This document shows positions 37,331-51,849 of a stretch of DNA of 64,000 nucleotides, one piece after another. Both the position numbers and the translations under genes were made by a program. Every line of letters starts with the position of its first letter. Positions within the stretch are counted from its first letter, which is position 1. The notes under the pieces are model-generated. The model was not told the DNA's origin and ran no database searches. It saw only the letters and a program-made list of their open reading frames with translations. Source of the stretch: Lama guanicoe (taxonomy: Eukaryota). The DNA lies in contig MU054187.1 in the NCBI GenBank assembly GCA_013239625.1, forward strand, positions 1,425,964-1,489,963, read 5' to 3'.

Positions 37331-39189
37331 AGGCCCCTCTGCGGCACAGCCGGCAGGCCGCGTCCTCCGTCTCTCCGCCCTGGCAGCGGGGGTGCCTCAC
37401 TCACTAGGATGCCACCTGCGGACACCTGCCGGGAGAGGGTGGGTTTCTGGCCCCAGCACTGCCTCGTGGCCTTTGAGGGGCGGTGTGAGCTCGGGTGGAG
37501 GGGGCCCAGAGCTCAGTGCAAGGCGGAGCGTGGACGACGGGCTCACATCACCTCGTTGCTACAGGACAGGGCTGGATGCTCAGCTCACCGCCGGCCCCGC
37601 CGACAGCAGTGGGGGTGCAGGGGGAGCACGGACTAGCCCCACACGCACAGCCGCACTGACGCTGGCTGAGGAGGGGTCCTGCTCCCTGCTGGGTCTCTGT
37701 GGAGGAACCCAAGCACCACCTGCTTCCACTGGCTGGAGATGGGAGGTCAGGTTCCCACTCAGCTTGCTGACAAGGCTTCGAGTTCAGCCCCTTTCACTGA
37801 GCAGGGGCGGGGCTGTCACCCCGCCTCGGGGGGATTCGGTGGTGCCTGCCTCTGCCCAGGGGGCATCACTTCAAATGACAGAACTAGCACAGATTTGCTA
37901 TTTTCTCTAAAATGATTCTAGAAAAAGCTTTCATTTGAATCCATCATTTGCTCAAGACTAATCAAAGTTAACAGTAATTTTGTAACAACAATGTTGAGAC
38001 ATGTATGTTAGCATATAAAAAATGAAAAATAGTAATTTTAATGTGGGCCAAGCCATCAGACTTTTACCTTCCTCTCATCTCATGTTCAGCGAGCATCTTT
38101 GAATAAACTTGTCTTTCCAAGTATATTTACATCTGGGAATTTTAATTTACTTGAAGGTATTCCTGCCCCCTCCGCCCCATTATGTGTTTTTAAACTGTAC
38201 TTCGGTTTACACACCGTTTTCCCGTGAACTTTGTCATCAACACACAATTCCAAAGAGACGAGAATTAATGATTTCAAGCCCTAAAAATCCAAAGCTGGGA
38301 GCCACACGACACCCTGCCAGTCCCGCCGCCACCACGTCCTCTGGAGAAGCTAGACTCGGCCGCGAGCCGGACGCCTCACGCAACACTCCCTTCTCTTGCA
38401 GCTGCAGCTCTGCTGTCCTCACGCAGGACATTCGCAGCCCCTCCCTGATCTGACATTGTGCACAACTGGCAGGGCCAGGATGAGAGCACAGGTCTTTCAA
38501 TGTCAAGTCACATGGCTGTTCAGCCTTACAGGTTACAACTGCAGATTCAAACTAAAGTTGAATTGCACTCATTTACAGTAGCTCGTTTCTGTCAGCATAA
38601 CCCATTTCTGCCTGAGCTACTGCGCGTTTTCAGTCAGCTCCGTTGGTGGTGGAGCTGCAGCAGTGCTGTGTTACTGAGGCTCTCTTAATGTATCGCCACC
38701 CTCTCTGTTTGGTTCCGCTCTGTGTGTGTAACTCCGGTTCATGGCATCACACAGGTGGGGGCCAGGTCCCAGCTCTGCCTGTAACATCAGGCGCTTTCTT
38801 TGCCACGGGGCTGGTCGGAAGTGAGACACAACATGCAGGAAGAGAGTTTGTTAATAACAGGTGCAGTTTTGGGGAAATTTTACTGTTATCTCAATATAGT
38901 TTTTTTTAAAAAGGCATCTATTAAGCACCTAATATGCCAGTTACACTGAGTGCTCTGGAATTCTCAAGGAAATCCACAGACAATACCAAACTCTTTCAAC
39001 GAGAAAACTGTGAAAATGGGAAACATCAATTAAAATCAAAATAGTAAAGGTGGATGTAATTGAGAAGGGTTGTATCAACCCGTCACTGAGTGAAGATGTA
39101 TCCTGTGAACACGCACCTTTGTCCAGTGACAACAGTAACAACGCAGGAAGCTCAGAGAGCCTCAGTCTTTCACAAACATCGTCTCATCT

Positions 39190-39320
39190 CCCCTTCAAAG
39201 CCACTCCGTGTGAAGGATCCGTTTCACCACTTCCAGAGGGTGAAAATCTCACCAGCGGGGTAAGTAAGTGGCCACAGTGACCCAGCGGGATTTGAACAGC
39301 CTGACTCCGGAGAATGCTCT
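39190..39320 (-). mobile_element. MIR fragment
   Basis: gtaagtaagtggccacagtgacccagcgggatttgaacagcctgactcc resembles the MIR core. Confidence 0.5.
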
Positions 39321-40950
39321 GACTGCTAGCCAACGTCACAAACACATAGAATACACAGAAATGAAAAAGTTAAGCGACTGACAAGAGCCCCAGCTCCACG
39401 AAGGCCTTGACGTCTACGGGCGTCACTGCCTTCATCACAAGCAGGTACGGACGCGGAGCTGCAGAGCGCTGCCACAGCAACCGCGGTGCACCTGTGACGC
39501 GCTGGATGCAGTTCTCTTCGCGGCCTCGGATAAAGTGCCTGTAGTTTATTTGACAGGCTGAGTTTCATTTTCTAAATAAATTTTTTTGACAAATGTGAAT
39601 AGGAGTGATGAGAAATTCACATTTGTTTTCAAAATTCTTTTTGAGATCAGATAAGCAAATCCTTAACAAAATGGACCTCAAATTTTGTCTTGGTAAATGC
39701 AAGCAATTTCAGTCTTGAAGAATTAAAATAGAAATAGATTTCCACACTCTTCCCTATCACAAGAGGAAATACCAAACGGAAAGCGTTCCGGCATCCACCG
39801 GGTGTCTGTGCCAGGTGATCCGCTAACCCTTTTTACTCAGTCTCAGCAGGATGACGTGCTGGGGAAAGCTGAACAAGACAGTAACTGAAAGAAAGTGTGG
39901 TTTCCCGATTCTTTGATAAGATGGTCTGAGAATGCATTTTTTAACTGAATTACTACAAATTATCCCACATTCAAACGAAAGCCACAAAATAAAATGAGTA
40001 ATTAGCTCCCAGAAAAGCACTCTTAGCACACGTTTGCAAACAGCTGTGATTCTTTTAGACCTTAACAGCGAGACTTCTGGTGAACCTGTGTGAGAACAAG
40101 TCGTCGCAAGAGAAAATGGACTTATTGAAGCGATTCATTTCTAAACGTAGCATATTTTAACCTCCTCCCTCTTTTTCTATTGTAACTTTAATCCATAGTA
40201 TACAAGCTAAATGATTTCTGTTTTGAGAAAAAACCTAGCTTCCTTGGATGGACAGCCTTTTTCTTTCATCCACGGTCAAGCAGGCAAATGACATTTAAAA
40301 GCACGTGCACGCTGAAAGCTGCCAAGGAGCAGATCAGCAATAAACCTCGCTACCCAGGGGAACTCGAGCACGCTCCACCTCGTTTCCACTGCTGCAGCGC
40401 CAGCACGCGGCCGAGCCTGTGCACTTCCACATGCCCTCGGCGGTTTCCGTCTCTTCCCGTCCCAGACCCCTCCGGTGATGCCGCTGCCGGGCTCTGGGGT
40501 CCTCTCCACATGAACCTGAGAGGTGCCCGCCTCACACCCTTCAGTCTGGAAATTCCAGCACCAACACCTTCCCCTCGGCAGGTAAGGACTGGACACTCTT
40601 AGGTTACAAATGGGCACTCCCTTCTCCGGAGCTGTCCAGGGCAGAGGGGTAAGTATTTCCTTCCCCTCAATTATAATCACGGTTTCTTTTGTTACTGTCC
40701 TACATCTGATAGAGCTTTTAAAAAAAAATGTTTCTCAGAGTATGAAAGTTTTCATCAATATTTTCTATCTCAATTGTCAGAGTCAGGAAAAACACCCAAA
40801 CGAGAGACGCCCCGAGACGGCCGAGGATGCCCTACGCGCACAGCTCTCCCAGGGCAGGTCTGACCCCGGCAACCTCTCAGTCTTGGAGCAAAGTGATTCT
40901 CCCCACAGGCGGCCGCGAAGCTTCTTTACAAGCTGAACTTAACAACTATG

Positions 40951-41057
40951 GAAGCAATTGGGCACAACATTGTAAAATGACTATAACTCAACAAAAAATG
41001 TAAATAAATAAATAAATAAATAAAATTAAAATTAAAGTAATTAAATTTATATTAAAA
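40951..41057 (+). mobile_element. Very short young L1 3' end with (TAAA)n tail and TSD
   Basis: cacaacattgtaaaatgactataactcaa followed by an A-rich tail; TSD aacaactatg 40941-40950 vs aaaaactatg 41058-41067. Confidence 0.8.
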
Positions 41058-42875
41058 AAAAACTATGACAACAGTGACAGTCGCTCACTTCTCCGTGGAA
41101 TTGCTCCTTCGGCTAATGTTTACAGCCCCGCAGATGGGGGGAGAGCTTGGCGCATGCCCTGGTCTGGCCCAGGTCACCAAGTTTTCGTCCAGCGGGACGT
41201 GCTGCGGCTGGCAGTGCGCTGTGCTCCAAGCCCCGAGCTGCTGACGCCGCACAGGAGCACCGAGTCCCCCGGGGCTGGTTCCTTCCACCTGCAGGGGCTT
41301 GCTGGCCCTGCGACCTGCAAGGGGTACCCCTCGCTAAACCAACACGAACCAGCCTTGGTTCAGAGGAGTTCTTCTCCAAGTTAGGGCACTGACCGAGATC
41401 CACTTTCTGAGGTCTTTCCTCTGTGCCAAGGTGCACAGCGTCTCCTGACCAGTGACAGCCGCCACACCAGTTGCCTAGCCCTAACGCTCACCCCACCCTC
41501 GCCAAGGACCGCAGCCTCCCTTTTCCAACAAGTGTGGTACCACTCCCCCCCCCACGCAACAGGCTGATCCACTTTGAGGAAACAGCAATCCCGACTTACT
41601 GAAAGTCATGCCAGTGCCATGATACATGCACAACTAAGACCCCAAAACTGCAGTCACACATGAGATAATGTGCCTCAGTGCCATATGCAGTGAGTCTACA
41701 TCCTACCCCAGTGCGAGCAGGAGTGCTGGTTGGTGCCTTAGCAACAGCTTCATCGGCGTCTTGACACGGTTCATCTGTAGATCAACACTCAACCAAATCC
41801 ACCCTTTCGCAGCGTAACAGAACGCTCACATGCTGGCCATGTGAAAGCCACTCCTATCGTCTCTCCACTGTACTGTTGGCTGCAGAAACTCTGCAGAAAA
41901 CTTAGATTTTGATTCGTCTTGACTCACGAATGCCTTCCTTGTGTTCAATTCCCTAAATAATTCCACTCTTTCCCTCGGTAACAGAATAAAGAAAGGAAGT
42001 GCTGGCCTGTACGGCAGTAAAGTGTTATTAACATTCTCCTGTAAAAATCTTCCATTTTGCTTTGCATCACTGAAGCCTTGGCTTTGAAAGTCCGTCAGGC
42101 ACAGTGTTGACAGACTTGCTCCGAAGACGCCTTCAACGCTGTGTCAGGCCAAAAAATAATCAAGCTGAGCTTGAGCAGGGCTTGATTTAATTAGTTTGTT
42201 GATTGAAAAGTCACAGTCAGGATCTGAAGGAGGTCCTCATTTCTCCAAGCTTTATGACTCGGCCTGATCTCAGCATGTATTTTTTTCCTGTGTCAAGTGA
42301 CTAAGAAGCCCAGTGTAACGGGAAAGGATCACGCTGTTTCTTAGGGCTGTGCAAGTGGCATTTTAAAGCAAAGGTAATGACTCTCAGCAAGGAGAAATGG
42401 TTTTTAATTTTCATCTTTGGCACAAGAAGGGGAAAAAACAAAGATCTCATTTGATTCCTAAGAGACTCTGTGTTACATTTTTCATCTCCGTCTTTTCTGG
42501 GTCCGACAAACTAATTACTTTGGAGCTCTATTTGGTAAGAGACAGACGGTCAGCACACTGTAACTACCATTGTGCATTTTGCTTGGTCCACATAAAAACC
42601 GTGACCCCACACTTGAGGAAATCCGTTCTACTCCACTGGAACACTCACTGTTACCAGTTCCCAGGGTGCCCTTCAGAAAGTTTTTTACAACTATAAGAAT
42701 ATATGTGATTTTAACTTAGGCAAATTTATCCATGTTTGCATTAATTGGTGCAAAATTATCTAAATAACCTTCTGAAAATTGTTACTCTCCATCAGACAAA
42801 AAAATCAGTTACAGGTAGATTGTAGGTCTAACTGTAAAGGTTATAACAAAAAAGCTTCTCAAAAAATATAGCTAA

Positions 42876-43210
42876 TATATTAGGATTCTCCAGAGATACA
42901 GAACCTATAGGAAATATACATACAGATATGGAGAGGGAAGGAGATACCTCATGAGAAATTGGCTCATGTGATTACAAAAGCGAGCAAGTCCATATCTGTG
43001 TAACTGATGTCCCGTCTGAGCCCAAAGGCCAGGTGGCTGCCACAGAACCAGGGAGAACCAATGCCCCAGCGTGACAACTGTCAGGCAGGAAATTTCTCTC
43101 TTTCTTGGGGAGGCCAGCATTTTTGTTCTATTCAGACCTTCAGCTGATTGGATGAGGCCCACCCCCGTGACACCCCATGGCCCAGTAGTTGACACAAAAT
43201 TAACACCACA
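42876..43210 (-). mobile_element. MLT2 (ERVL) LTR, internally deleted
   Basis: atattaggattctccagagatacagaacc...ttcagctgattggatgaggcccaccc...gttgacacaaaattaacaccaca. Confidence 0.9.
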
Positions 43211-43739
43211 GTTGGTAAAAATAATGTAGAGATTTACTCTTTTTTCATGATATGTGATGATTTAATTAGCATAATACATTTTCTGCTTCTTGAGGATTTG
43301 AATGAATGTCATGAGGGACCGAACAGATGTAACAGAATAAGGAGTGGTTTAGACCTAAATCCAAATCCAAACACTTGCACAAGCCAAGAAACACATTCTC
43401 CCCACTTATTTATTTATTATTTATGTACTCAGTCATTTATATCACCACAGACCAGTGCTCCTCAGAAGCATCTGAGAGACTGTCGTGGAGGGAGGAGAGG
43501 CTGGGATTGGTTTGAAATTAAGAAAATCTAGGTTATGTATGGACTTTGGACGGTAACAACATCAATTTTGGTTCTTTTCTGGAAATACAAAAGTAATCAA
43601 AGTAAAAGATACATTTAAAAAATTCAATTACATTCCCATACAAAAATAAACATGTGGAAACCAAAATTAAGAATATATCATTTATAGTTACTCCTCAAAT
43701 CTTAAGTATAAGGTGAAAGAAAGCAAAGAATCTCTAAAT

Positions 43740-44300
43740 AAATATCCATCAACAGATAACTGGATAAACAAGTTGTGGTATATTTATATAATGGAATACT
43801 ACTTAACCATAAAAAGAATAAAATAATGCCATTGACAGCAACATGGATGGTCCTGGAGACTGTCATTCTAAGTGAAGTGAGCAAGACAGAAAAAAACAAA
43901 TGCCATATGATATCACTTATATGTGGAATAAGAAAGAAAGAAAGAAAAGGAAAAGGAAGAAAGGAAGAAAGAAAAGAAGGAAGGAAGGAAGGGACACAAA
44001 TGAACTTATTTACTAAACAGAGACAGACCCACAGACATAGAAAATAAACTATGGTTACCAAGGAGGAAGGGAGTGAGGAAGGATAAACTGGGAGTTTGGG
44101 ATTTGCAGTTACTAACCACTATATACAAAGTAAACATCAAGGTCCTACTGTAGAGCACAGGGAACTATAGTCAATACCCTGTGATGGTCTATAATGGAAA
44201 AGTATGAAAAGGAATACACATATACATAAAACTAATTCACTATGCTGTACACCAGAAATTAACACAACATTGAAAATCGACTACACGTTGACGAAAAATG
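43740..44300 (+). mobile_element. Artiodactyl/camelid L1 3' end with internal (GAAA/GGAA)n expansion
   Basis: gcaacatggatggtcctggagactgtcattctaagtgaagtgag...cctactgtagagcacagggaactatagtcaatacc; purine tract at 43928-43992. Confidence 0.9.
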
Positions 44301-44654
44301 TATAAATAGAGAGAAATGTGTTTATGGATTGGAATAATCAACTTAGTGAAGATTTCTATTCATCTAAACTGACCTATAGGTTTAGTACAATTGCTATCAA
44401 AATTCTAGCAGGGTATTATTGCACATCCACACAACTTTATCCTAAAATTTATGTGGAAAGGCAAGGGGCCTGGGCTTGCTTAAAAACAACTTGAAAAAGA
44501 TTCAAGGGGAAGAAAGCGCTGTACCTGATGCTAAGACATAAGGCGCAGCTGCAGGCGTCAGGGCTCTGTGGTGCTGGTCGGGGGACAAACACATTCATCA
44601 GTGGAACAGAACAGAGAGCACAACAATAGATCCACACAAATATACTCAAGGGAA

Positions 44655-45130
44655 AAGAAGATGGGGTACAAACACATGGTGGAATACTAGTCAGCCAGAA
44701 AAAAGGTTGAAATTTCGCCATTTGCAACAACATGGATGGATTTGGAGGGCATTATGCTAAGTGAAATAAAGCAGACAGAGAAAGGCAAATACTGTATGAT
44801 ATCACTTAATTGTGGAATCTAAAAAAATAGAACTAGTGAATATAAAAAGAAAGGAACAGACTCACAGATACGGAGAGCAAGCTAGTAGCTCCCAGTGTGG
44901 AGAGGAAGCGGGGAGGGACAAGACAGGGGTGGGGATTTAAGCAACACACACTACTGTGGATAAAACGAATAAACCACAAGGCTGCATTTTCCCTGGCACA
45001 GGGAATACAGCTAATATTTTAGAGTAACTACAACCAGAGCAAAACCTTTAAAAATTGTGAAATCAATTTGTTTTGCACCTGAAACATACAATATTGTACA
45101 AACTCTACCTCAATTAAAATAAATAAATAC
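44655..45130 (+). mobile_element. L1MA-like 3' end
   Basis: ccatttgcaacaacatggatggatttggagggcattatgctaagtgaaataaa...ctctacctcaattaaaat. Confidence 0.85.
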
Positions 45131-46649
45131 ACTGATTAATTAATTTTTAAAAATTTACAAAAACAAATGGAGAAAGGACAGCCTTTCAACAAATGGTGCT
45201 GGAACAACTGGACATCCACGTGCAGAAAAACAACAGCAAAAAAACCCAACCACTTCAACATACATCTCATTGTATTTTAAAAAGTTAACTCAAAGTGTAT
45301 CACAGACATAAATGTAAGGCACAAAACTATAAAATTTTAGAAAAAAATAAGAAAAAATTATTGCGACCTAGAGCTTAGTGAATAATTGTTAGACTTGACA
45401 CCAAAATATATTCCATAGGAGGAAAATTTGTTAAATTGGACCTCATTGAAATCCTTTTTTTTTTTTTAATCCTGTTAAGAGAATGAAGAAACAAGCCATA
45501 GACTGGAAGAAAGTGTCTGCAAACCACATTTCTGACACAGGGCTCGTATCTAGATATACAAAGAAACCTCAAAACAACAGTAGAAAAAACAACAAGTCAA
45601 TTAGAAAGTGGTCAAAAGGCATGAACAGACATCTCCCTGCAGAGGACTCACAGATGGCATCTGAGCACATGAAAACCTGGTCAACATCGTTTGCTATTAC
45701 GGAAATGCAAATTAAAACCATGACAGATTATCGCCACTCACCTAACAGAATGGCCGAATGTCTCTTTGAAAAGGCAGCGCCACGCGCTGGCTAGCATGTG
45801 GAAGGACAGGTCCCTCTCACTTGCTGCCCGGAACGTAAGACAGTGCAGCTCCTCTGAAAACAGCCTGGCAGTTTCTGCAAACTACATACGCCCTCACCTC
45901 GTGACCCAGCTGTTGTATTCCTGGGCATGCATCCCAGAGAAATAAAAACTTCCCTTCACACACAAAGTCCTGGGCATGAATGTTTCTAAGAGCTTTATTT
46001 GTAACAGCCAAGCGCTGGAAAGAACACACACGTCCTTCAACAGTTGGATGGTTAAGCAAACTGTGTTCCATCAGCCATGGAATCCCACATGGCATAAAGG
46101 GAAGAAACTGTCAACCCACCCAGAAGCTGGGATGGGTCTCAAGGGGATTTTGTTGACTGAAAAAAAAGTCAGTCCAAAAGGATAACATACTTTATGATTC
46201 AACGTATACAAAATTATTGAAATGATGTGGTTATAAACACGAACAAGACGTCAGTGGTTTCCAGCTTTGGGGATGGGTGAAGGCAGCTTGTGGCTTATAA
46301 AGGCAGGACCAAGGACCCTGGGATGAAACCATCCTCTGTCTAAACTGTAGAGGGGGTTCCACAGATCTGTACATGTGTTAAAATTGTATAGAATGAAAGG
46401 TGCACACACACTCACCTGCATATAAAAATGATGACATTTTAATAAAGTCAGTGGATTGTCACAACGCCAATTTCCTGTTGTATTATCACTGATTCTAGTT
46501 AAGCGAGGTGACACCACGGGGTAAGACTGGGGGAGAAGGAGATGGGGTCTCTCTGTAACATCTCTTGCAACTGCACGTGAACCTACAATTGTGTACAAAG
46601 TACAAATAAATTGCTTACCAAACATATAGTTCAGTATGAACTGACACTC

Positions 46650-46835
46650 AAAACGTGAGTCGCAGCAGTATGTCAACGCAGAGTCATGAGCTGTAACAGA
46701 CACCCCACTCTGGGAGGTGCGTCGATGGTGGGAGTCTCGTGAGGACGCGTGGCCAGGCTGTAGACAGGAACTCTCTGTGCTTCCCACTCAGCTTTGCGGT
46801 GAACCTAAAGTTGCTCTAACGGTTAAGTTTAATTA
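46650..46835 (+). mobile_element. L1MC-like terminal fragment
   Basis: ggaactctctgtgcttcccactcagctttgcggtgaacctaaagttgctctaa. Confidence 0.7.
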
Positions 46836-49800
46836 AAGAAATAACTAAGATAAACCCTTTATTGTCATTATTATTTATTATTGTTATTACTAATCATTTG
46901 TAGTTTAAAATCCAAGGCCTTCATCTTAATCCCATAATCAAGTTGTAGCAAATAATGCAGTTTCCTTCTAACAGGCTCGTGGATTGTCTGAAAAATCATC
47001 CTGCTCTGATCATCAGCTACTTCCACCTTTAACCTGAGCTTTGCTTCACTGAGGATAAGCCTTGCAGCTCTTCAAACAGAAGCGCATTTATGATGCACTG
47101 AGTACTGCACCTTCCCCAGGGGACATACTAATGATTTATATTCCATCCATGAATCCATTTAAAGTGATTCATTCCTGCGGTAACAGTGCTTCCGTAACCG
47201 GGACATAATTCCTCAGTATCCCCGTCCAGATCTCCCCAACGCGGTGACAAAACAGACTCCTTTAGGACTTGCATGCCCGTGTAAACGGCTCTCCCAAGTC
47301 ACCGACATCCTTCTGAACAAAGCTGAAAACCACATTTCTAGCTCTATTACTTTCCGTCTACCTGATAGATGTTTCCCATTCGTCATCCACCGGGAGAGAA
47401 GAGTTTTGAAATTACATCAGCAAAATAAAAGCCAAAGAATCTTCCAGCTCAATCTTCCTCATTGACTTCCTGGAAACATTTAAACAGCTACAGAAGCTGT
47501 ATTTCTTTTTAAGGAATCAAATCAATGTTTTCTCCCTTTTTTTCTCCCAGTGGCAAGTATTTCTTTTGAATTAGTTTGACTTACCATTAAGACTGCTTGC
47601 TAAAAACACAAATTTGAAGTCAGTTTTCTTTTGCAAATTTAAAGTATGAGTTACATACAAAACAGGTCCAAGCCTTATTGTACATTTTTTTCAATTGTTA
47701 TTACTCTGTCTGCCGAGATCTTTTTTCAATGTGATAAAAGATGCCAGTTGCTTTCTGAGTGGAGATGACCTCAGACACTAAGCCAGCCGACAGGGAAACG
47801 GGCGTGCCGAGGAAGGCCCAGCAGAGGCTGTCTTTAGCACTCCCGCCATGTCGACTGTGTGAATTGAATCTGATCACATTCTTTTGTTCAAAACAAATGA
47901 ACTTCTGGCTTGTTGGCACACAGGCTGCTCTGACAGGATATCCTTGGACTGACTGCTCACATGAAGGAGAAGTTAGCTCCTCACACTCATCTCACATTTC
48001 AAATCCGAGCCGCCAGGCAGACGTCTCACGTTTCGGGGGAGTGCAGCTGGAGGTGGAGGTGCGCGGTCCAGCTGCCGTGACGGCGGCGCAGGTGCTCCGG
48101 CCACACGGAGGCAAGCCCCCGAGCCCCCACTCTCAACGGAGGAGATGCTAGAAAACACGGTCTCGTCTGTCCCTGACGTGGGATTTCATGCCGTGCTGTA
48201 TTTGTCTTCCATTCTTTCTGGCGTATTAACTGTGTTGCACACGTGCTCTCAACTGGTTTCGTTTGCTCGGGAGTCATAAACATTTTACATGCTATTGAAA
48301 GAAATTTTGCCTTTGACGTGGGACGCCCGGAGCTTAAATTTAAAATGCAGGATTCATTACCGCACACGTTTGACTATGCTAAAACATATTTCAAGCAAAA
48401 TTCCAAACCCAAATGTATAACGCTAAGCATATTTCACCTTGATATGACTGGTTTCCTGTACGAACAAGCCCAAGTAACAGAATTTAAACAAAGCACTGAT
48501 GTCTCGCTCTCTGTTTCGCGTGCTTATGCACGATAATGCAAGTCGAATCATCTGCTTGCTTCATGATGGAGTTTGAAAAATGTAATTGTGGAAACTACCA
48601 TCTTAATGAATGGACGAAAAACAGAACGCAGAGCATCCTTCACTGCGTATTAACGGCAGCAGGTGATACGTGATGCAGTTAATGAACGATTACTATCACT
48701 AAACAAAAACACAGAGGCACAAAATACCAGCCCTTCCCATCAGAAAGCATAAACACGGAATGGACACACTGTTCTCAATTAATTTTCTTAGAATTTAATC
48801 TGCTTATGGTCTTCAGTTGTTCAGTACTGCTCTGGCGGTTTCAGAAGAAAAGGCAGAGGCAATTAGATTTATATATCAGCTCTCATTCATATCTTACTCA
48901 GTTTCACGCAGAGATTTTGTCTGTCACTGTTTTGCAGAGCCATGCTGGTGTCTAAGCAAATGACTTAATAAAAGTCAGTAATACTGACCCTTTTTATCCA
49001 CCAGGGATTTCTGCATTAATTTTGATGTTTTAAATTATTGCACTAAAGTACTATTTATCTTGTGCTCTTTGGGGTCCCCTAAAGTTTGCACCTGAGGGGA
49101 GAACAAGCATGGCTAGTAAATGAACTGTCCAGCCAACTCAGGCTGGGGCGCCGTTCCTCTCTGGCGTCTTTGCGTGAGTCTCTCATCATTGCTTTCTTCT
49201 GTTACGTCTACACTTTTGTTATTAAAATGTTGCTCCTGGATCAGTGACGCAACAGGATTCATTAAAGCAAAAAGCAGTAATTACTACAGAAGAAAATACC
49301 AACACACAAAGCATAAAAGTAAAACTGAGAGTAACAGTACAAGTGGAGGGTATGACTCACGGAGCGGGACTGGAATCATGAGTGAGAAGTAAATATTGAA
49401 ATGTTTTGGTTGCACCCAGGCTCTGGAAAAGTAAATTTGGAACAGAAAGCACAATTATAATTATCTAAAATTATTTTTATGATTTCCCCCCATCTCTAGT
49501 TCCCTGTACATTAACTTTAATAAATTTTGTCAGAAAATGGCATAAAGCCAGCAAAATTTGTATCGTTTTATTTTTCTGAAAATGCTGGTTTTCTAGAACA
49601 TGTTTCGTAATGAGAAATGGATTGTTTTTGCCCTGATGTCTCACAAGAGACCCAAACTAGAGAAATACATTTAAAGGAATACAAGTCACAACAAAAACTT
49701 GTCCAAGTAACTCTATTCCTGAGATGTTTAAAAACCACTGCCAAAGTTAATGGAAAAGTCCCACGACGGGAGGTGAAGACCGCGTGGGGGTGGGCCGTCC

Positions 49801-50786
49801 CTCACAGGCGGCGCCGAGGGGATCAGCAGTGCAAGAGCGGCTGTTCCCACGCAGCCGGCAGAAGCCCCGAGGGCGCGCGTGGGCTCTGGCAGACGTGTGG
49901 GCGTCCTTTAGGGCAGGGCGCCCACACGGTGCTTTCCTCTGAGTGAAAAGGCTTCTCTTCACCGAGCAGCTCTTTTGGGAGCCACGGAAAGACTGAAATC
50001 GTGTTTTAGAATCAACATAGATACAGCAAGAAAGTGCGTTCATGCCAGTCTTCAGACTGTTTATCCACAGACGACTGGTCATAAATAACATACTTTACAG
50101 TTGACAGAAACAGTTAGGAGTGGACATTGGCAAGCCACAGACGTGCCCGTCAGCTCTCTGCCGCCACGTCCAGAGATGGGGTCAGGTCTGCCCCACAGTT
50201 AAGTGTGCTCTCCATCCGGGGGACTGGCGCACACTCACTGTATAAAAGTGACGGGTGTGAGTAATTCTTAAATTTTCCCGAAAGGCATATTTTAACAGAT
50301 TACTGGTTACATTGAAAGCTTGACCCTCTCCCAACAGTCCCGAGATGACAATTTTTTTTAATTGAGAAAAAGCTATCATCATTAAAAAAAAAAGTGGAAA
50401 ATGTTGGCAACTGAATAATTGGGTTTTATCCACTTTTAAGTCTTTTTAAAACCATGTTGAAATTCAACAACAGAACCTTCAGAAATCTATTCCAGATGTG
50501 AATGAAACCAAAGAAATGATAGGAAGTCCTCCCTCTGCCTTCTTTCAAGCTTTAATTTTCAACCTCTAACTTTTAGGTTTTATTTATTCATCTAATCTGC
50601 AGAATGTCTCCAAAGTGTTTCAAGTGTCAAAGGCAGTTTGGAGTTTCCAGTCTCCTGAGAACTGTTTAACGAAGGTCCCAACACTCTTCCTAAAAGTATA
50701 ATTATGAATTAGACACGTCCGCTGTAGTGAAGATCAGTTAGCGGAACAAATGGCGCGCTGAGCCTCACTTACTGCTCAAGCTCTCT

Positions 50787-51101
50787 TTTTTCTTCCTGAA
50801 GTGCAGCCAGCTTGCAATGCTGTGTCCACTTCTGGTGTGCAGCACAGTGCTTCAGCCACACACGAGTACACGTATATTCGTTTTCATACTCTTTTCCACC
50901 GTACGCTACTACAAGCTATTAAATATGGTTCCCCGTGCTCTACATATGAACTTACCTGGTTTATACACACCAGTCAGTATCTGCAAATCTCGAACTCCCA
51001 GTTTATCCCTTCCCACCCCCTTTCTCCCGCTGGTCACCATGAGTTTGTTTTCTGTGTCTGTGAGTCTGTTTCTGTTTTATAGATAAGTTCATTTGTCTCT
51101 T
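50787..51101 (-). mobile_element. Camelid-type L1 3' end with 11-bp TSD
   Basis: TSD tcaagctctct at 50776-50786 and 51102-51112; body homologous to the copy at 21219. Confidence 0.9.
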
Positions 51102-51849
51102 TCAAGCTCTCTCTTGGGCCTGATGTGGATACATGTGTCAAGAACTGCACCAGTACAACGTCCTGTAATCAGAGTGCACAACACGCACACCCAGGAGGCG
51201 GATACCACTACAGATTTATTTGATTTCTCCATTCATTGTCTCTTGTGTGGAACAAACATGATTAACTGGCTCCAAATGTTTGAGAAGTTTTACTCCAGAT
51301 TTAATACCCTTTTATTTTGACTTCAATACAATACCAATGGGATTGACAATAATTAAGTAAGTGAATTAACTGATTATGTATCAACAAAATGTATCTGGCT
51401 TTAAATTTACAGTTCAAACAAATGAACAGAGTTTACTTTATGACTGTTTTCTCGTCACAAGCACAAAGAAATAGCCACAAAGAGGTTCTATATGCTTCCA
51501 CAGACAGTCCTTAATTGCTAAGAAAGTATATGATGAATTCAGCTCATTAAGTGCAGCACAAGAACTTGTAGACCAGAGTTTGGATTTTTAACTTGAGGTG
51601 AAAAGGCTTGTAGGTTTCAAGCAGAGAAGGGGAATTTTCTGAACTGTGTATTTAGAAGGTCCCTCTGTAGAGATAAGCTTGGATGAACCATGGACGCCTG
51701 GATTAGAGCCAGACGTGGTTGAACTTGATGTAGGCAGTGAGGGGAGATGTACACGTACATGTACAGAGACACATTTCCTAGCCCTGCCCACTCCAAGGGC
51801 TTGGAAGCAAAAACACCCTGTAGAGGACACCAACAATTTTATGTCTATA

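Larger units (their letters stand above)
43600..46620 (+). mobile_element. Old L1M ORF2/3' UTR segment interrupted by younger L1 3' ends
   Basis: Continuous L1 motifs at 43600-43735, 44300-44650 and 45160-46620 (e.g. ctttcaacaaatggtgctggaacaactggacatcc; gaaatgcaaattaaaacca). Confidence 0.85.

Noticed and set aside
39050..39280. Ser-rich ORF ending near a gtaagt donor
   Set aside because: The donor lies within a MIR remnant; no acceptor or homology
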